Part shown: positions 8,763 through 16,734 of the stretch, one piece after another
How positions within the stretch are numbered: position 1 is the first letter of the stretch
How the letters are laid out: each line of letters begins with the position of its first letter
Program-made: the position numbers and the translations under genes
The notes under the pieces: model-generated
Database searches by the model: none
Told to the model about the DNA's origin: nothing
The model's input: only the letters and a program-made list of their open reading frames with translations
NCBI GenBank assembly: GCA_964634875.1
Contig: CAZWKA010000003.1
Span: forward strand, 16,591 to 80,590
Direction of reading: 5' to 3'
Length of the DNA: 64,000 nt
From: an uncultured Gammaproteobacteria bacterium
Lineage (GTDB): Bacteria > Patescibacteriota > Patescibacteriia > Magasanikbacterales > GWA2-37-8

Positions 8763-9389
8763 TTACTCAAATAAATTTTCTCTCAAGCTTTTAAAAATTG
8801 CACTATAGACACTTATATCAGTTGTTGCTGGCAAGTGTATTTCTATATTGTGATGGAAACTTAATGCTTTGGCTTCTTCCGGCGTTATCGGTTTTTGTGT
8901 TTTTTCATTTGTGCCACCACCTTTTTTTGTCTTCTCTTCTGTGGTTGGAGGAGGTGATATTTTAGGCGAAGCGCCAAATTTTGCTAGACCAACCAGTGCT
9001 TTATATGTCGCAAAGTATCTAGTGACCGTTTTCTCATCTTTGCCCGTAACTCGTGCCATTGCCCCTTTTATTGTATCTTCTGATTGCGTGTGCATCTCTG
9101 TATTGATTGCATAGATGTCTTTGTAGAGTTCAATTAATCTTTCCCCAATGACAAAAGGGTGGTCTTGTCGATCTTTCAGTCGGTCATAGTATTCTGTTGG
9201 AGCTCCGTCATCATTAAGTATATTAAGTCGTTTTAGAAGGGGGATTATTGCTCGGTCGTTAGAGCTTGCAAATCCCATTTGTTTAAGAAGTTCATTAGTA
9301 AATTTTTTTGGTTTTTCCGCAACTTTTATTTGTTCGAGAATAAAACTTATTTTATTGTTAGCGACCATGTAAGGGTATGTTTCTGGCAT
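8763..9389 (-). CDS. hypothetical protein, upstream partner of the HEPN gene (possible antitoxin/specificity partner)
   Basis: 208 aa. Stop lies 9 bp before the HEPN start on the same strand. No recognisable catalytic motif. Lys/Glu-rich middle region. Confidence 0.5.
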   Translation of the reverse strand: MPETYPYMVANNKISFILEQIKVAEKPKKFTNELLKQMGFASSNDRAIIPLLKRLNILNDDGAPTEYYDRLKDRQDHPFVIGERLIELYKDIYAINTEMHTQSEDTIKGAMARVTGKDEKTVTRYFATYKALVGLAKFGASPKISPPPTTEEKTKKGGGTNEKTQKPITPEEAKALSFHHNIEIHLPATTDISVYSAIFKSLRENLFE

Positions 9390-9473
9390 ATTTCGATTAT
9401 TTATTAATTAAAGACATTGTAATTGAAAGCATTGCAAAAAGCAAAGGTCATTATTGTTTATTGAGTGAAAGCA

Positions 9474-9500
9474 AAAAAAGCTCATTTTTTGAGCTTTCTT
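9474..9500. terminator. bidirectional terminator hairpin
   Basis: AAAGCTCA-tttttt-GAGCTTT flanked by A/T runs. Confidence 0.6.
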
Positions 9501-9515
9501 TCAATTCTTTATTTA

Positions 9516-10664
9516 TCATTTCCTCCTCGTAAACCACCAGCTCGCCAACAGCGTCGTTAACGGCACAGCCAGCACCAGCACGCAACTGCCCACCAGCGTA
9601 CGCACTAATTCTTCGGCAATAAAATTACTATTAAGCATGATCCACAACTGGGTGGATTTTTGCATGCTGTAGAGTAATAAGAGTGGGAACGACACGCCGA
9701 CGTAGGCGAGGACGAGCGTGTTCACGAGCGAGGCAATATGTTCGCGGCCAACCGAGAGGCCGCTTTTGTATAATTGAGCCAGGGAAACGGTGGGGTTGGC
9801 AGTATGGATTTCTTCGATTACAGCGGCTTGGGCTGTGGTGATGTCGTCAAGGACACCCAGGACGCCAATGAGAATGCCGCCGAGGAGTACGCCGCGCAGA
9901 TCTATCGTGCCGGCACCAAGTTGCAGGTAAAAGGCTTCTTCGGTACCGGTGCCTGCCAGTTTGGCAAAACGAACAAAGACAATGTCGATAATAATAGCGG
10001 CGCCAAGGGTGAGGAGGGTGCTGATAAGGGCGATGGTAGTGCGGCGATTAAAGCCGTGCGAGAGGTAGAGCGAACAAAAACAAATCAGGAGGGCGGCAAT
10101 GATGCAAGCGACCAACGGGTCGTGCCCGGCAGCGATGCGAGGGATTAGGAAGCGGAAAATGACCAGGGTTGTAAAGACTAGGCCGAGGATGGAGGTGAGA
10201 CCGCGCTTGCGGCCAAAGAATATGGCGAGCGCAAAAAAGACGGCGACAAGTATGAGGACGTTGGGCAGGCGGTACTTATCGGTAATGTAATAAAAGTCTT
10301 CTTTAATGCCGCCGGCGGGCTTGGTAATTATTACCACGTCACCCGCTTGTACTTTTTGGTATTCCTGGATGGCAAAGAGGCCACCGTGGTCGATAGTAAT
10401 TTTTTTACCTTTTTCATCGCCGCTCACAATCTCAAGTTCCAGTTTTTGGTATTCCTGCGGCGTACCATCCGCGTCTTTGGTGCCGCTCTCCACGACCTGC
10501 AGAACTTTGGCGCGGGCAAAGATGTCCGGTGCATCATTTACAATGGGCGCGTCTAAGTCGAGCGGCGCTTCTTCGAGTGTCTGCATCTGTGCCCGGTGGG
10601 GGAAAAATGCGGACAAAAAGAGAATGATACAAAAGAGGCTGCGGGTAAAGAAAGTGTGGTGCAT
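9516..10664 (-). CDS. YibE/F-family integral membrane protein
   Basis: 382 aa. N-terminal extracytoplasmic domain followed by about 8 TM helices, the typical YibE/F layout. Confidence 0.7.
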   Translation of the reverse strand: MHHTFFTRSLFCIILFLSAFFPHRAQMQTLEEAPLDLDAPIVNDAPDIFARAKVLQVVESGTKDADGTPQEYQKLELEIVSGDEKGKKITIDHGGLFAIQEYQKVQAGDVVIITKPAGGIKEDFYYITDKYRLPNVLILVAVFFALAIFFGRKRGLTSILGLVFTTLVIFRFLIPRIAAGHDPLVACIIAALLICFCSLYLSHGFNRRTTIALISTLLTLGAAIIIDIVFVRFAKLAGTGTEEAFYLQLGAGTIDLRGVLLGGILIGVLGVLDDITTAQAAVIEEIHTANPTVSLAQLYKSGLSVGREHIASLVNTLVLAYVGVSFPLLLLYSMQKSTQLWIMLNSNFIAEELVRTLVGSCVLVLAVPLTTLLASWWFTRRK

Positions 10665-10739
10665 ATGCTTAGCAGTATACCATGAAGCAGACTGTCCAAA
10701 AACTAGGCGACCGCCAGGGAGATGGCGGTCGAGAGGGGG

Positions 10740-11006
10740 CTAGAAACCGTACGATTGTCGGGTGCGGTTGAAGTAGGGTTTGGGAAAGCTAAAGCTGTAG
10801 TAGAATGAATCATCGGGGTAGACGACGCGGTACCAGTTTTGGGTAGGGCGAGTAGGTGGGTGCCAGGGGTCTGCCGGTTTACTGTAATAGTAAAACTGGG
10901 TCGATCCGTTGATGAGGACAGCTTGGGCTGGGGCAGCCAATGCGCCCGAAATGCCGAGAAATAGCGCGAAGCCAAGGGCGGTGGCTATAAGGGTATTTTT
11001 TGTCAT
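10740..11006 (-). CDS. small secreted Tyr-rich protein
   Basis: ATG at 11006. Signal peptide MTKNTLIATALGFALFLGISGALAAPAQA. About 88 aa. Confidence 0.4.
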   Translation of the reverse strand: MTKNTLIATALGFALFLGISGALAAPAQAVLINGSTQFYYYSKPADPWHPPTRPTQNWYRVVYPDDSFYYSFSFPKPYFNRTRQSYGF

Positions 11007-11137
11007 AGAGAGTAAATCAGGTTTGTGTGTGAGTATAGCACACCAGGCTGAAGGTACAAACACTACAACCGCCAGGTGTAGTGGCGGTTGCGATGTCTCT
11101 ATGGCCTTCGGATTAGCGAAGGATATGTGCAGTATAT

Positions 11138-11150
11138 GCAACTAAGTTGC
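11138..11150. promoter_or_regulatory. palindrome GCAACTAAGTTGC (copy 1 of an operator-like repeat)
   Basis: Part of the ~27-bp motif GCAACTAAGTTGCGTTTGTCAAATAGG. Sits between two minus-strand small-protein genes. Confidence 0.5.
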
Positions 11151-11179
11151 GTTTGTCAAATAGGAGTTGTGGAAAACTG

Positions 11180-11545
11180 TTAATAACTAGAGTACCTGCC
11201 GTAGTATACGACGGGTGTAGGGCGGTAGCTGTGGTACGTAGGGTAATTGCGCGTTTGCCACGAGCGTAGCGGAGCATATAAACGGGTTGGTGTGGTACGC
11301 AAATAGGCGGGGGCAGGCGGGGGCACGTAACCGCGCTTGGTGACAGGCTGGTTGGGTATCGTGGTGGGGGAGGCATGGTCGGCAGCATCATGTCCATCTG
11401 CTGCATGTTCTGTTTCTTCGTTGTCGTCGTGGCTGTGCCCCGGTTCAACTATGGTCCAGGCCTGGGCTGATTCAGTTGGTCTGAGAATGGCGAGGCTAAG
11501 CGCCAGAAAGAAAAAAATTCCTATCCACGCGTGTTTGTTTTTCAT
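11180..11545 (-). CDS. small secreted His/Asp-rich protein (possible metal-binding)
   Basis: ATG at 11545. Signal peptide MKNKHAWIGIFFFLALSLAIL. Acidic His-rich segment HSHDDNEETEHAADGHDAADH. Confidence 0.4.
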   Translation of the reverse strand: MKNKHAWIGIFFFLALSLAILRPTESAQAWTIVEPGHSHDDNEETEHAADGHDAADHASPTTIPNQPVTKRGYVPPPAPAYLRTTPTRLYAPLRSWQTRNYPTYHSYRPTPVVYYGRYSSY

Positions 11546-11637
11546 AGGTAGTAGATTACATATATACAGTACTCTTGTAAGCCTCATGGTTTGGGGCGCA
11601 CAAGAGTGCTCGAGGCCGACGATCCGACCTCGGTTTG

Positions 11638-12309
11638 TTATTCGTCTGCTGGTTCGTCGATCAGTGTGCTGGGTGCTCGGGGAACCAAATCTAGCTGAAG
11701 GTACTGTGGCGACGCGGGTTGTTTTGGTTCTGTTTCCCGCTTGAGAGCGAATTTCCACCCCAGCATGAGCGGTACCAAGTGCCATTCCCAAGGGTGCCCG
11801 TTCGCCAAGTTGAGCGGTGCCAGCATGGCTGCTTCGCTGCCGATGACAAAACCTTTGTACCGGAAACTGATGCCGCCGAGCAGCGGGCCGAGTTTGACTT
11901 CGGTCTGGCTCTGGTAGGGCTTTTCAATTTCTAGCACGATTCCAGGCAGGTGCAGTTCGAGCGACCAATGCTCGCTAAGGTGGATATCAAGCCCGCCGGT
12001 AAGGTGAATGTCGCCACCCGCCCGGTCGCCACCAATTGCCGCGTGCAGGCCGGCAACAATGCCAAAGTCGACGCTGCCCGCTTCGGCGAAAGGGAATTCA
12101 AACTCGAAACAGAGCGGGGTCATGAGTTGGAGGATAAATCCGCTTCCACCCTTGAGGCCAGTTGTGGCCGTGCGGGAACTATCGTATTTGGTGGGGGAGG
12201 CTACCGCTTGGCCGGAAAATATTGGGCCACCGCACCACAAGGCTGAGGGGGATTCGGCCCTCGCAACAATGCTCCAGGCAAGGAGCGTGACGATAACGAG
12301 GTAGCGCAC
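11638..12309 (-). CDS. secreted beta-strand-rich protein (porin/OmpW-like pattern)
   Basis: GTG start at 12309 with AAGGAGA 5 nt upstream. Signal peptide. Alternating hydrophobic pattern and a C-terminal aromatic residue. Confidence 0.4.
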   Translation of the reverse strand: MRYLVIVTLLAWSIVARAESPSALWCGGPIFSGQAVASPTKYDSSRTATTGLKGGSGFILQLMTPLCFEFEFPFAEAGSVDFGIVAGLHAAIGGDRAGGDIHLTGGLDIHLSEHWSLELHLPGIVLEIEKPYQSQTEVKLGPLLGGISFRYKGFVIGSEAAMLAPLNLANGHPWEWHLVPLMLGWKFALKRETEPKQPASPQYLQLDLVPRAPSTLIDEPADE

Positions 12310-12324
12310 AGGCTTCTCCTTAAA

Positions 12325-12337
12325 GCAACTTAGTTGC
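12325..12337. promoter_or_regulatory. palindrome GCAACTTAGTTGC (copy 2)
   Basis: Lies 16 bp upstream of the GTG start of the 11638..12309 gene on its promoter side. Extended motif GCAACTTAGTTGCACTTGTACCACAGG. Confidence 0.5.
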
Positions 12338-12368
12338 ACTTGTACCACAGGAATACCTAGTTGTCAAT

Positions 12369-12381
12369 GCAACAAAGTTGC
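12369..12381. promoter_or_regulatory. palindrome GCAACAAAGTTGC (copy 3)
   Basis: Upstream of the Fur-family regulator gene. Extended motif GCAACAAAGTTGCGTTTATCCACAGG. Confidence 0.5.
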
Positions 12382-12450
12382 GTTTATCCACAGGTGCTAC
12401 TTGAAAAAACTCAGTATTTTTGCTAGACTACCAGCATTAAAGCATTTTTT

Positions 12451-12891
12451 ATGACTACTTCGCACCAAGTTATCGCTGACCTTAAGGATCGGGGAGAGCG
12501 CATTACCGAAATCCGGCGCATCTTGGTAGACATTCTCGCCAAAAGTCACAAGCCGTTATCGGTGCAAGATATTTTGGCGAAATTAAAAATTCGCTGTATT
12601 GAGGCGAATAAAACCACCGTCTATCGTCAATTGGAAACGCTCCATAAGTATAATTTTATTTACGAAGTGCGTTTGGCGGATCGTTCGGTTTTGTACGAGC
12701 TTGCCAGTGAAGACGATCACCACCATCATTTAGTGTGTCTCGGTTGCGGTACGATAGAAGATGTGTCGTTTAAGGACGACGTGGAACGCCAGGAAAAAAA
12801 TATTTTAAAAATAAAGAAATTTAAAGTTGTGCGCCACTCGCTCGAATTTTTCGGCTGGTGCGCTAAATGTCAGAAAAAATATGGCAAATAA
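12451..12891 (+). CDS. Fur-family metalloregulator (Zur/Fur-like)
   Basis: 146 aa. HHHHLVCLGCG ... CAKC metal-binding motifs and a winged-helix N-terminus. Confidence 0.8.
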   Translation: MTTSHQVIADLKDRGERITEIRRILVDILAKSHKPLSVQDILAKLKIRCIEANKTTVYRQLETLHKYNFIYEVRLADRSVLYELASEDDHHHHLVCLGCGTIEDVSFKDDVERQEKNILKIKKFKVVRHSLEFFGWCAKCQKKYGK

Positions 12892-13810
12892 TTTTTGGAA
12901 ACAAGTATCGCGTGCTCTCGGTATCGTTGTTGTTCTCGCAGCAGTAGCTTTGGTTTTTTATTTTTTGGTTACGCGAGAAAATAAAATTACCCCACCCGAT
13001 GATCGACTTACAGTTAGCACTTCCTTTTATCCGTTGACGTTTTTAGTTGAGGGTATTGCGGGCGATCTTGCAATAGTGAACACCATTACCCCGGCCGGGG
13101 CAGAACCGCATGAGTACGAACCAACGACGCAGGATCTGGTAGCGATCGAAAAAAGCAAGCTACTTTTTTTGAACGGCGCTGGTTTTGAATCGTGGGCCGA
13201 GGGGTATGTTTCTGCTGGCGCCACTATTGTTCCGGTCGCTGACACGCTGGTAACGCAGAATTTTGTTGCGGGAGAAAGTGTGGCCCGCGATCCGCATGTC
13301 TGGCTTGACCCCACGCTCGCCAAAGCCTCGGCTCAGATTGTGCTTGATGCCTTGGTTGCAGCTGACCCTGGTCATGAACAAGAATACAAGGTAAACGCCG
13401 AAACCTTTTTAAAACAATTTGATGATCTCGACGCCGCCTTTCAGGCAGGCCTTGCTACATGCGCACGCCGTGATATTGTTACGGGGCATGCTGCGTTTGG
13501 GTATTTGGCTGCCCGGTACACATTAACCCAGGTACCGATTTCGGGTTTGTCGCCGGACGAAGAGCCTTCACCGCGGCGGATGGCCGAGGTGGCTGAGTTT
13601 GTTAAAAATAGTGGGGTAGAGTATATTTTCTTTGAAAGCCTGGTGAACCCAGAGCTTGCAGTAACAATTGCCAATGAAGTTGGTGTCAAAACGCTAGTAC
13701 TTAATCCGCTTGAAGGGTTGACGCCAGACGAAGTATCTCAAGGTAAAAATTATTTTACGGAAATGCGCCAAAACCTTGCTCACCTTAGAACCGCTCTCCA
13801 ATGTCAGTAG
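12881..13810 (+). CDS. metal (Zn/Mn) ABC transporter substrate-binding protein, TroA/ZnuA family
   Basis: Overlaps the regulator stop by 11 nt. N-terminal anchor. Cluster A-1 binding-protein motifs EPHEYEPT and DPHVWLDP. Confidence 0.75.
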   Translation: MANNFWKQVSRALGIVVVLAAVALVFYFLVTRENKITPPDDRLTVSTSFYPLTFLVEGIAGDLAIVNTITPAGAEPHEYEPTTQDLVAIEKSKLLFLNGAGFESWAEGYVSAGATIVPVADTLVTQNFVAGESVARDPHVWLDPTLAKASAQIVLDALVAADPGHEQEYKVNAETFLKQFDDLDAAFQAGLATCARRDIVTGHAAFGYLAARYTLTQVPISGLSPDEEPSPRRMAEVAEFVKNSGVEYIFFESLVNPELAVTIANEVGVKTLVLNPLEGLTPDEVSQGKNYFTEMRQNLAHLRTALQCQ

Positions 13811-14565
13811 ACCATAACAAAAATATACTCGAAGTTAAAAACGTTTCGTTTGCCTATAGTGCAAATGCACCGGTTTTGACCGCTATTTCTCTCAATATTC
13901 ATTCGGGGGATTATTTAGGTGTTATTGGTCCGAACGGTGGCGGCAAGACCACGCTTCTCAAAATTATGCTCGGACTCCTTCAGCCAACGAGTGGGAGTAT
14001 TTCTTTGTTCGGCCAAGACATCCGCGATTTTAAAGATTGGCCAGCGATTGGGTATGTGCCTCAGAAGGCGGTTAATTTTGACCTCAAGTTTCCGGCTACT
14101 GTCAAAGAAGTAGTAGCAATGGGGCGGTTTGGCAAACGGGGGTTGTTACGTCTTCCGACCAAAGAAGACCGGAACCAGGTGGAAGAAGCGTTGCGCCAGG
14201 TTGATATGATTGAATACCGAGACCGTTTGATTGGTGATTTGTCGGCTGGGCAGCAGCAGCGCGTGTTTATTGCCCGCGCACTGGCCACGGAACCGAAAAT
14301 TATTTTTTTGGATGAACCAACGGTTGGAGTTGATGTTGCAACCCAGGAACAATTTTATCGTTTGCTGGAAAAACTAAACCAAACACTCGGTCTTACCCTC
14401 GTGTTGGTGTCGCACGATATTGATGTTATTGCGAACGAAGCAACGGAACTGGCGTGTATTAACCAGACTTTGGTGTATCACGGCAGCCCGAAAGAATTTG
14501 TAAAAGGGGAGTACTTGCAACAATTATATGGTAAGAACCTTAAGTTTATTTTGCATGATCACTAA
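13801..14565 (+). CDS. metal ABC transporter ATP-binding protein
   Basis: Walker A GPNGGGKTT, signature LSAGQQQR, Walker B IIFLDEP. Confidence 0.85.
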   Translation: MSVDHNKNILEVKNVSFAYSANAPVLTAISLNIHSGDYLGVIGPNGGGKTTLLKIMLGLLQPTSGSISLFGQDIRDFKDWPAIGYVPQKAVNFDLKFPATVKEVVAMGRFGKRGLLRLPTKEDRNQVEEALRQVDMIEYRDRLIGDLSAGQQQRVFIARALATEPKIIFLDEPTVGVDVATQEQFYRLLEKLNQTLGLTLVLVSHDIDVIANEATELACINQTLVYHGSPKEFVKGEYLQQLYGKNLKFILHDH

Positions 14566-14568
14566 AGG

Positions 14569-15384
14569 TTGAAAAGTAAAAGTATGTTTTTAGAAATTTT
14601 TCAATATTCATTTATCCAGCGTGGCCTTGAGGCTGGGATTTTGATTGCGATTATTGCCCCGCTTATTGGTATTTTTTTGGTACTCCGCCGGTATTCTTTG
14701 ATTGCGGATACGCTGTCACACGTTTCGCTCGCCGGTGTGGCGATTGGTCTTCTGGCAGGTATTAACCCCATCATTACTGCGCTTGCTACTTCGGGCGCGG
14801 CTGCCCTCGCAATTGAAAAATTGCGTAGCTCCAAAAAAGTATACGGCGAAACTGCCTTGTCAATTTTTCTTTCAGGGGGCCTCGCGCTCGCGGTGGTGCT
14901 TATTAGTCTGGCGCACGGCTTCAATGTTAACTTGTTTAGTTACTTGTTTGGGAGCATTGTTACGGTAAAGCAAAGTGATGTTATGTTGATCGCTGTTTTG
15001 GGCTTGGTCATCATTGTCCTGTTATTTTCATTTTATAAAGAGCTTGTCTATATTTCATTTGACGAAGAGGCGGCCAAAGTCAGCGGGATACCGGTAAAGG
15101 CAATCAACTTTATTTTTATCTTGCTGGCGGCTATGACGGTCGCGCTTGCGATTCCAATTGTTGGTATCCTTTTGATTTCGGCCTTGATTGTGATCCCGGT
15201 AGTTACGGCGCTACAGCTTAAGAAAAGTTTTTCTACTACCTTGTGGTATGCCGAGGGCTTTTCAATTTTTTCGGTGGTGAGTGGAATCCTGCTCTCGTAT
15301 TATTTTGACCTCTCGCCGGGTGGTACGATCGTGCTTATTACTTTGGCTTTGTTTAGCCTAATTTTAGTCTTTAAACGGGCTTAA
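14569..15384 (+). CDS. metal ABC transporter permease (ZnuB-like)
   Basis: 271 aa with 8-9 TM helices. Operon position. Confidence 0.8.
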   Translation: MKSKSMFLEIFQYSFIQRGLEAGILIAIIAPLIGIFLVLRRYSLIADTLSHVSLAGVAIGLLAGINPIITALATSGAAALAIEKLRSSKKVYGETALSIFLSGGLALAVVLISLAHGFNVNLFSYLFGSIVTVKQSDVMLIAVLGLVIIVLLFSFYKELVYISFDEEAAKVSGIPVKAINFIFILLAAMTVALAIPIVGILLISALIVIPVVTALQLKKSFSTTLWYAEGFSIFSVVSGILLSYYFDLSPGGTIVLITLALFSLILVFKRA

Positions 15385-15451
15385 CTGCCAGCACTTGATT
15401 ATTTACCGGCCTTGTGGTAGAATACGACACGAAATAACGTAACTCTCTTAT

Positions 15452-15607
15452 ATGTCCCAAGATAATCTGGTTAAAATGGAATGTTCGGTCTGCAAGCGAA
15501 CTAACTATTTCACCAAAAAAAATAAAAAAATCCTCAAAAACCGTCTCGTCATGAGCAAGTTCTGCAAACATGACAAGAAACATGTTGAACACAAAGAAAC
15601 CAAATAA
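15452..15607 (+). CDS. rpmG: 50S ribosomal protein L33
   Basis: 51 aa MSQDNLVKMECSVCKRTNYFTKKNKKILKNRLVMSKFCKHDKKHVEHKETK. Absent from the ORF track only because it is under 60 aa. Confidence 0.8.
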   Translation: MSQDNLVKMECSVCKRTNYFTKKNKKILKNRLVMSKFCKHDKKHVEHKETK

Positions 15608-15617
15608 GGGTTGATTA

Positions 15618-15648
15618 AAGCGAGCTCCCGCTCGCTTTTATCTCTTTT
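15618..15648 (+). terminator. rho-independent terminator
   Basis: AAAGCGAGC-tccc-GCTCGCTTT followed by TTATCTCTTTT. Confidence 0.7.
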
Positions 15649-15651
15649 AGA

Positions 15652-16518
15652 ATGCCTATGAATTTTTTTCGTTCCCTCTACAACAGCTTGTTCAATGTGG
15701 AGTGGCTCCGCCAGCGTTTTTTGTTTCCCGGAGCAGCGTGGGCTTACTTTTTTCTATTGTCACTCATTCTTAGTGCCTTTGCTTTGATCCCCGTCGCGGT
15801 TGGTGTTCCGGCGGCACTTCGTGAAGTGCGCTCCGCACTTGAAACTAAAGTCCCGGATTTTAAGGCTGAGATCAAGAGTGGCGAACTTGCCTTGACCGGA
15901 GTCCCTAACCCGTATACTGTTTCGACAGTGGAAGGTGATAAAAGTTTAACGCTCTACGTGGATACCGTCGCCACGACGACGTATGATGCCGAGGAGTTGG
16001 TGCAAAGTCCGAACGGCAGTGTTATGTTGGTAACCAAAGACTCACTTGAGATTTATGAAGCGGCCGAACGCCGTAGCCAAAGTTTTTTGTGGAAGGATAT
16101 AGGTGATCTTGTTTTCACCAAAGCGACTTTGGATACATATTTTGATACGCTCACCTCACCGGTAATTGTTGTTGTGGTTGGTTTATTTGTCTTGATTCTT
16201 ACCTACATCGGGTTTATTATTGCGAAGCTCCTAAGTATCTTGATGGTAACACTCATCGTGTTGGTCGCCTGCCGGATAGCGGGGCGGGGCTGGCGTTTTG
16301 GTCAGTTATTTACCATTGGACTATACGCTTTTACCTTGCCGTCACTGATCGCGCTTGTTCTGTGGTTGGTCGGCCTACCAGTTTCGTCGATGCATTTTTT
16401 GGCTCTTCTTGCGTTTATGCTAGCTGTGGTGTTTACTAAAGATCGTGTTGCCCCAGAACCAATTGTGCCGATTGAAAAAGAAGTAGACAAAAAACTTGAC
16501 CTTGACCTCGAAAAATAA
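15652..16518 (+). CDS. integral membrane protein of unknown function
   Basis: 288 aa. Two N-terminal helices, a soluble loop, then 4 helices. Confidence 0.45.
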   Translation: MPMNFFRSLYNSLFNVEWLRQRFLFPGAAWAYFFLLSLILSAFALIPVAVGVPAALREVRSALETKVPDFKAEIKSGELALTGVPNPYTVSTVEGDKSLTLYVDTVATTTYDAEELVQSPNGSVMLVTKDSLEIYEAAERRSQSFLWKDIGDLVFTKATLDTYFDTLTSPVIVVVVGLFVLILTYIGFIIAKLLSILMVTLIVLVACRIAGRGWRFGQLFTIGLYAFTLPSLIALVLWLVGLPVSSMHFLALLAFMLAVVFTKDRVAPEPIVPIEKEVDKKLDLDLEK

Positions 16519-16546
16519 TTTTCTGGCGCCCTCGGGCGCTTGCCTT

Positions 16547-16617
16547 GGGCGCGTCGTATAATGGTAGTACGTTGGTCTCCAAAACCAACTGCGTAGGTCC
16601 GATTCCTACCGCGCCTG
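16547..16617 (+). tRNA. tRNA-Trp (anticodon CCA)
   Basis: Anticodon stem TTGGT/ACCAA with loop CTCCAAA. D-arm GTAT..GTAC. T-arm GTAGG-TCCGATT-CCTAC. Resembles E. coli tRNA-Trp. Confidence 0.7.
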
Positions 16618-16622
16618 CTGAT

Positions 16623-16659
16623 AAAATCATAGCTTATTAATTGAGCTATGATTTTTTTG
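16623..16659 (+). terminator. rho-independent terminator
   Basis: AAAATCATAGCT-tattaatt-GAGCTATGATTTTTTT. Confidence 0.75.
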
Positions 16660-16734
16660 TTAGCGCAGGCTGTTAGAAAGGTTCATTCTATGATAAAATA
16701 AAATTTATTCGTTAATTATAGTATTACAGCCTCC

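Noticed and set aside
12827-12880. Longer N-terminal extension of the substrate-binding protein (ORF-track start 12827)
   Set aside because: It would overlap 65 nt of the regulator gene. The ATG at 12881 begins a typical membrane-anchor sequence (MANNFWKQVS...), and the 11-nt overlap is a common operon junction.
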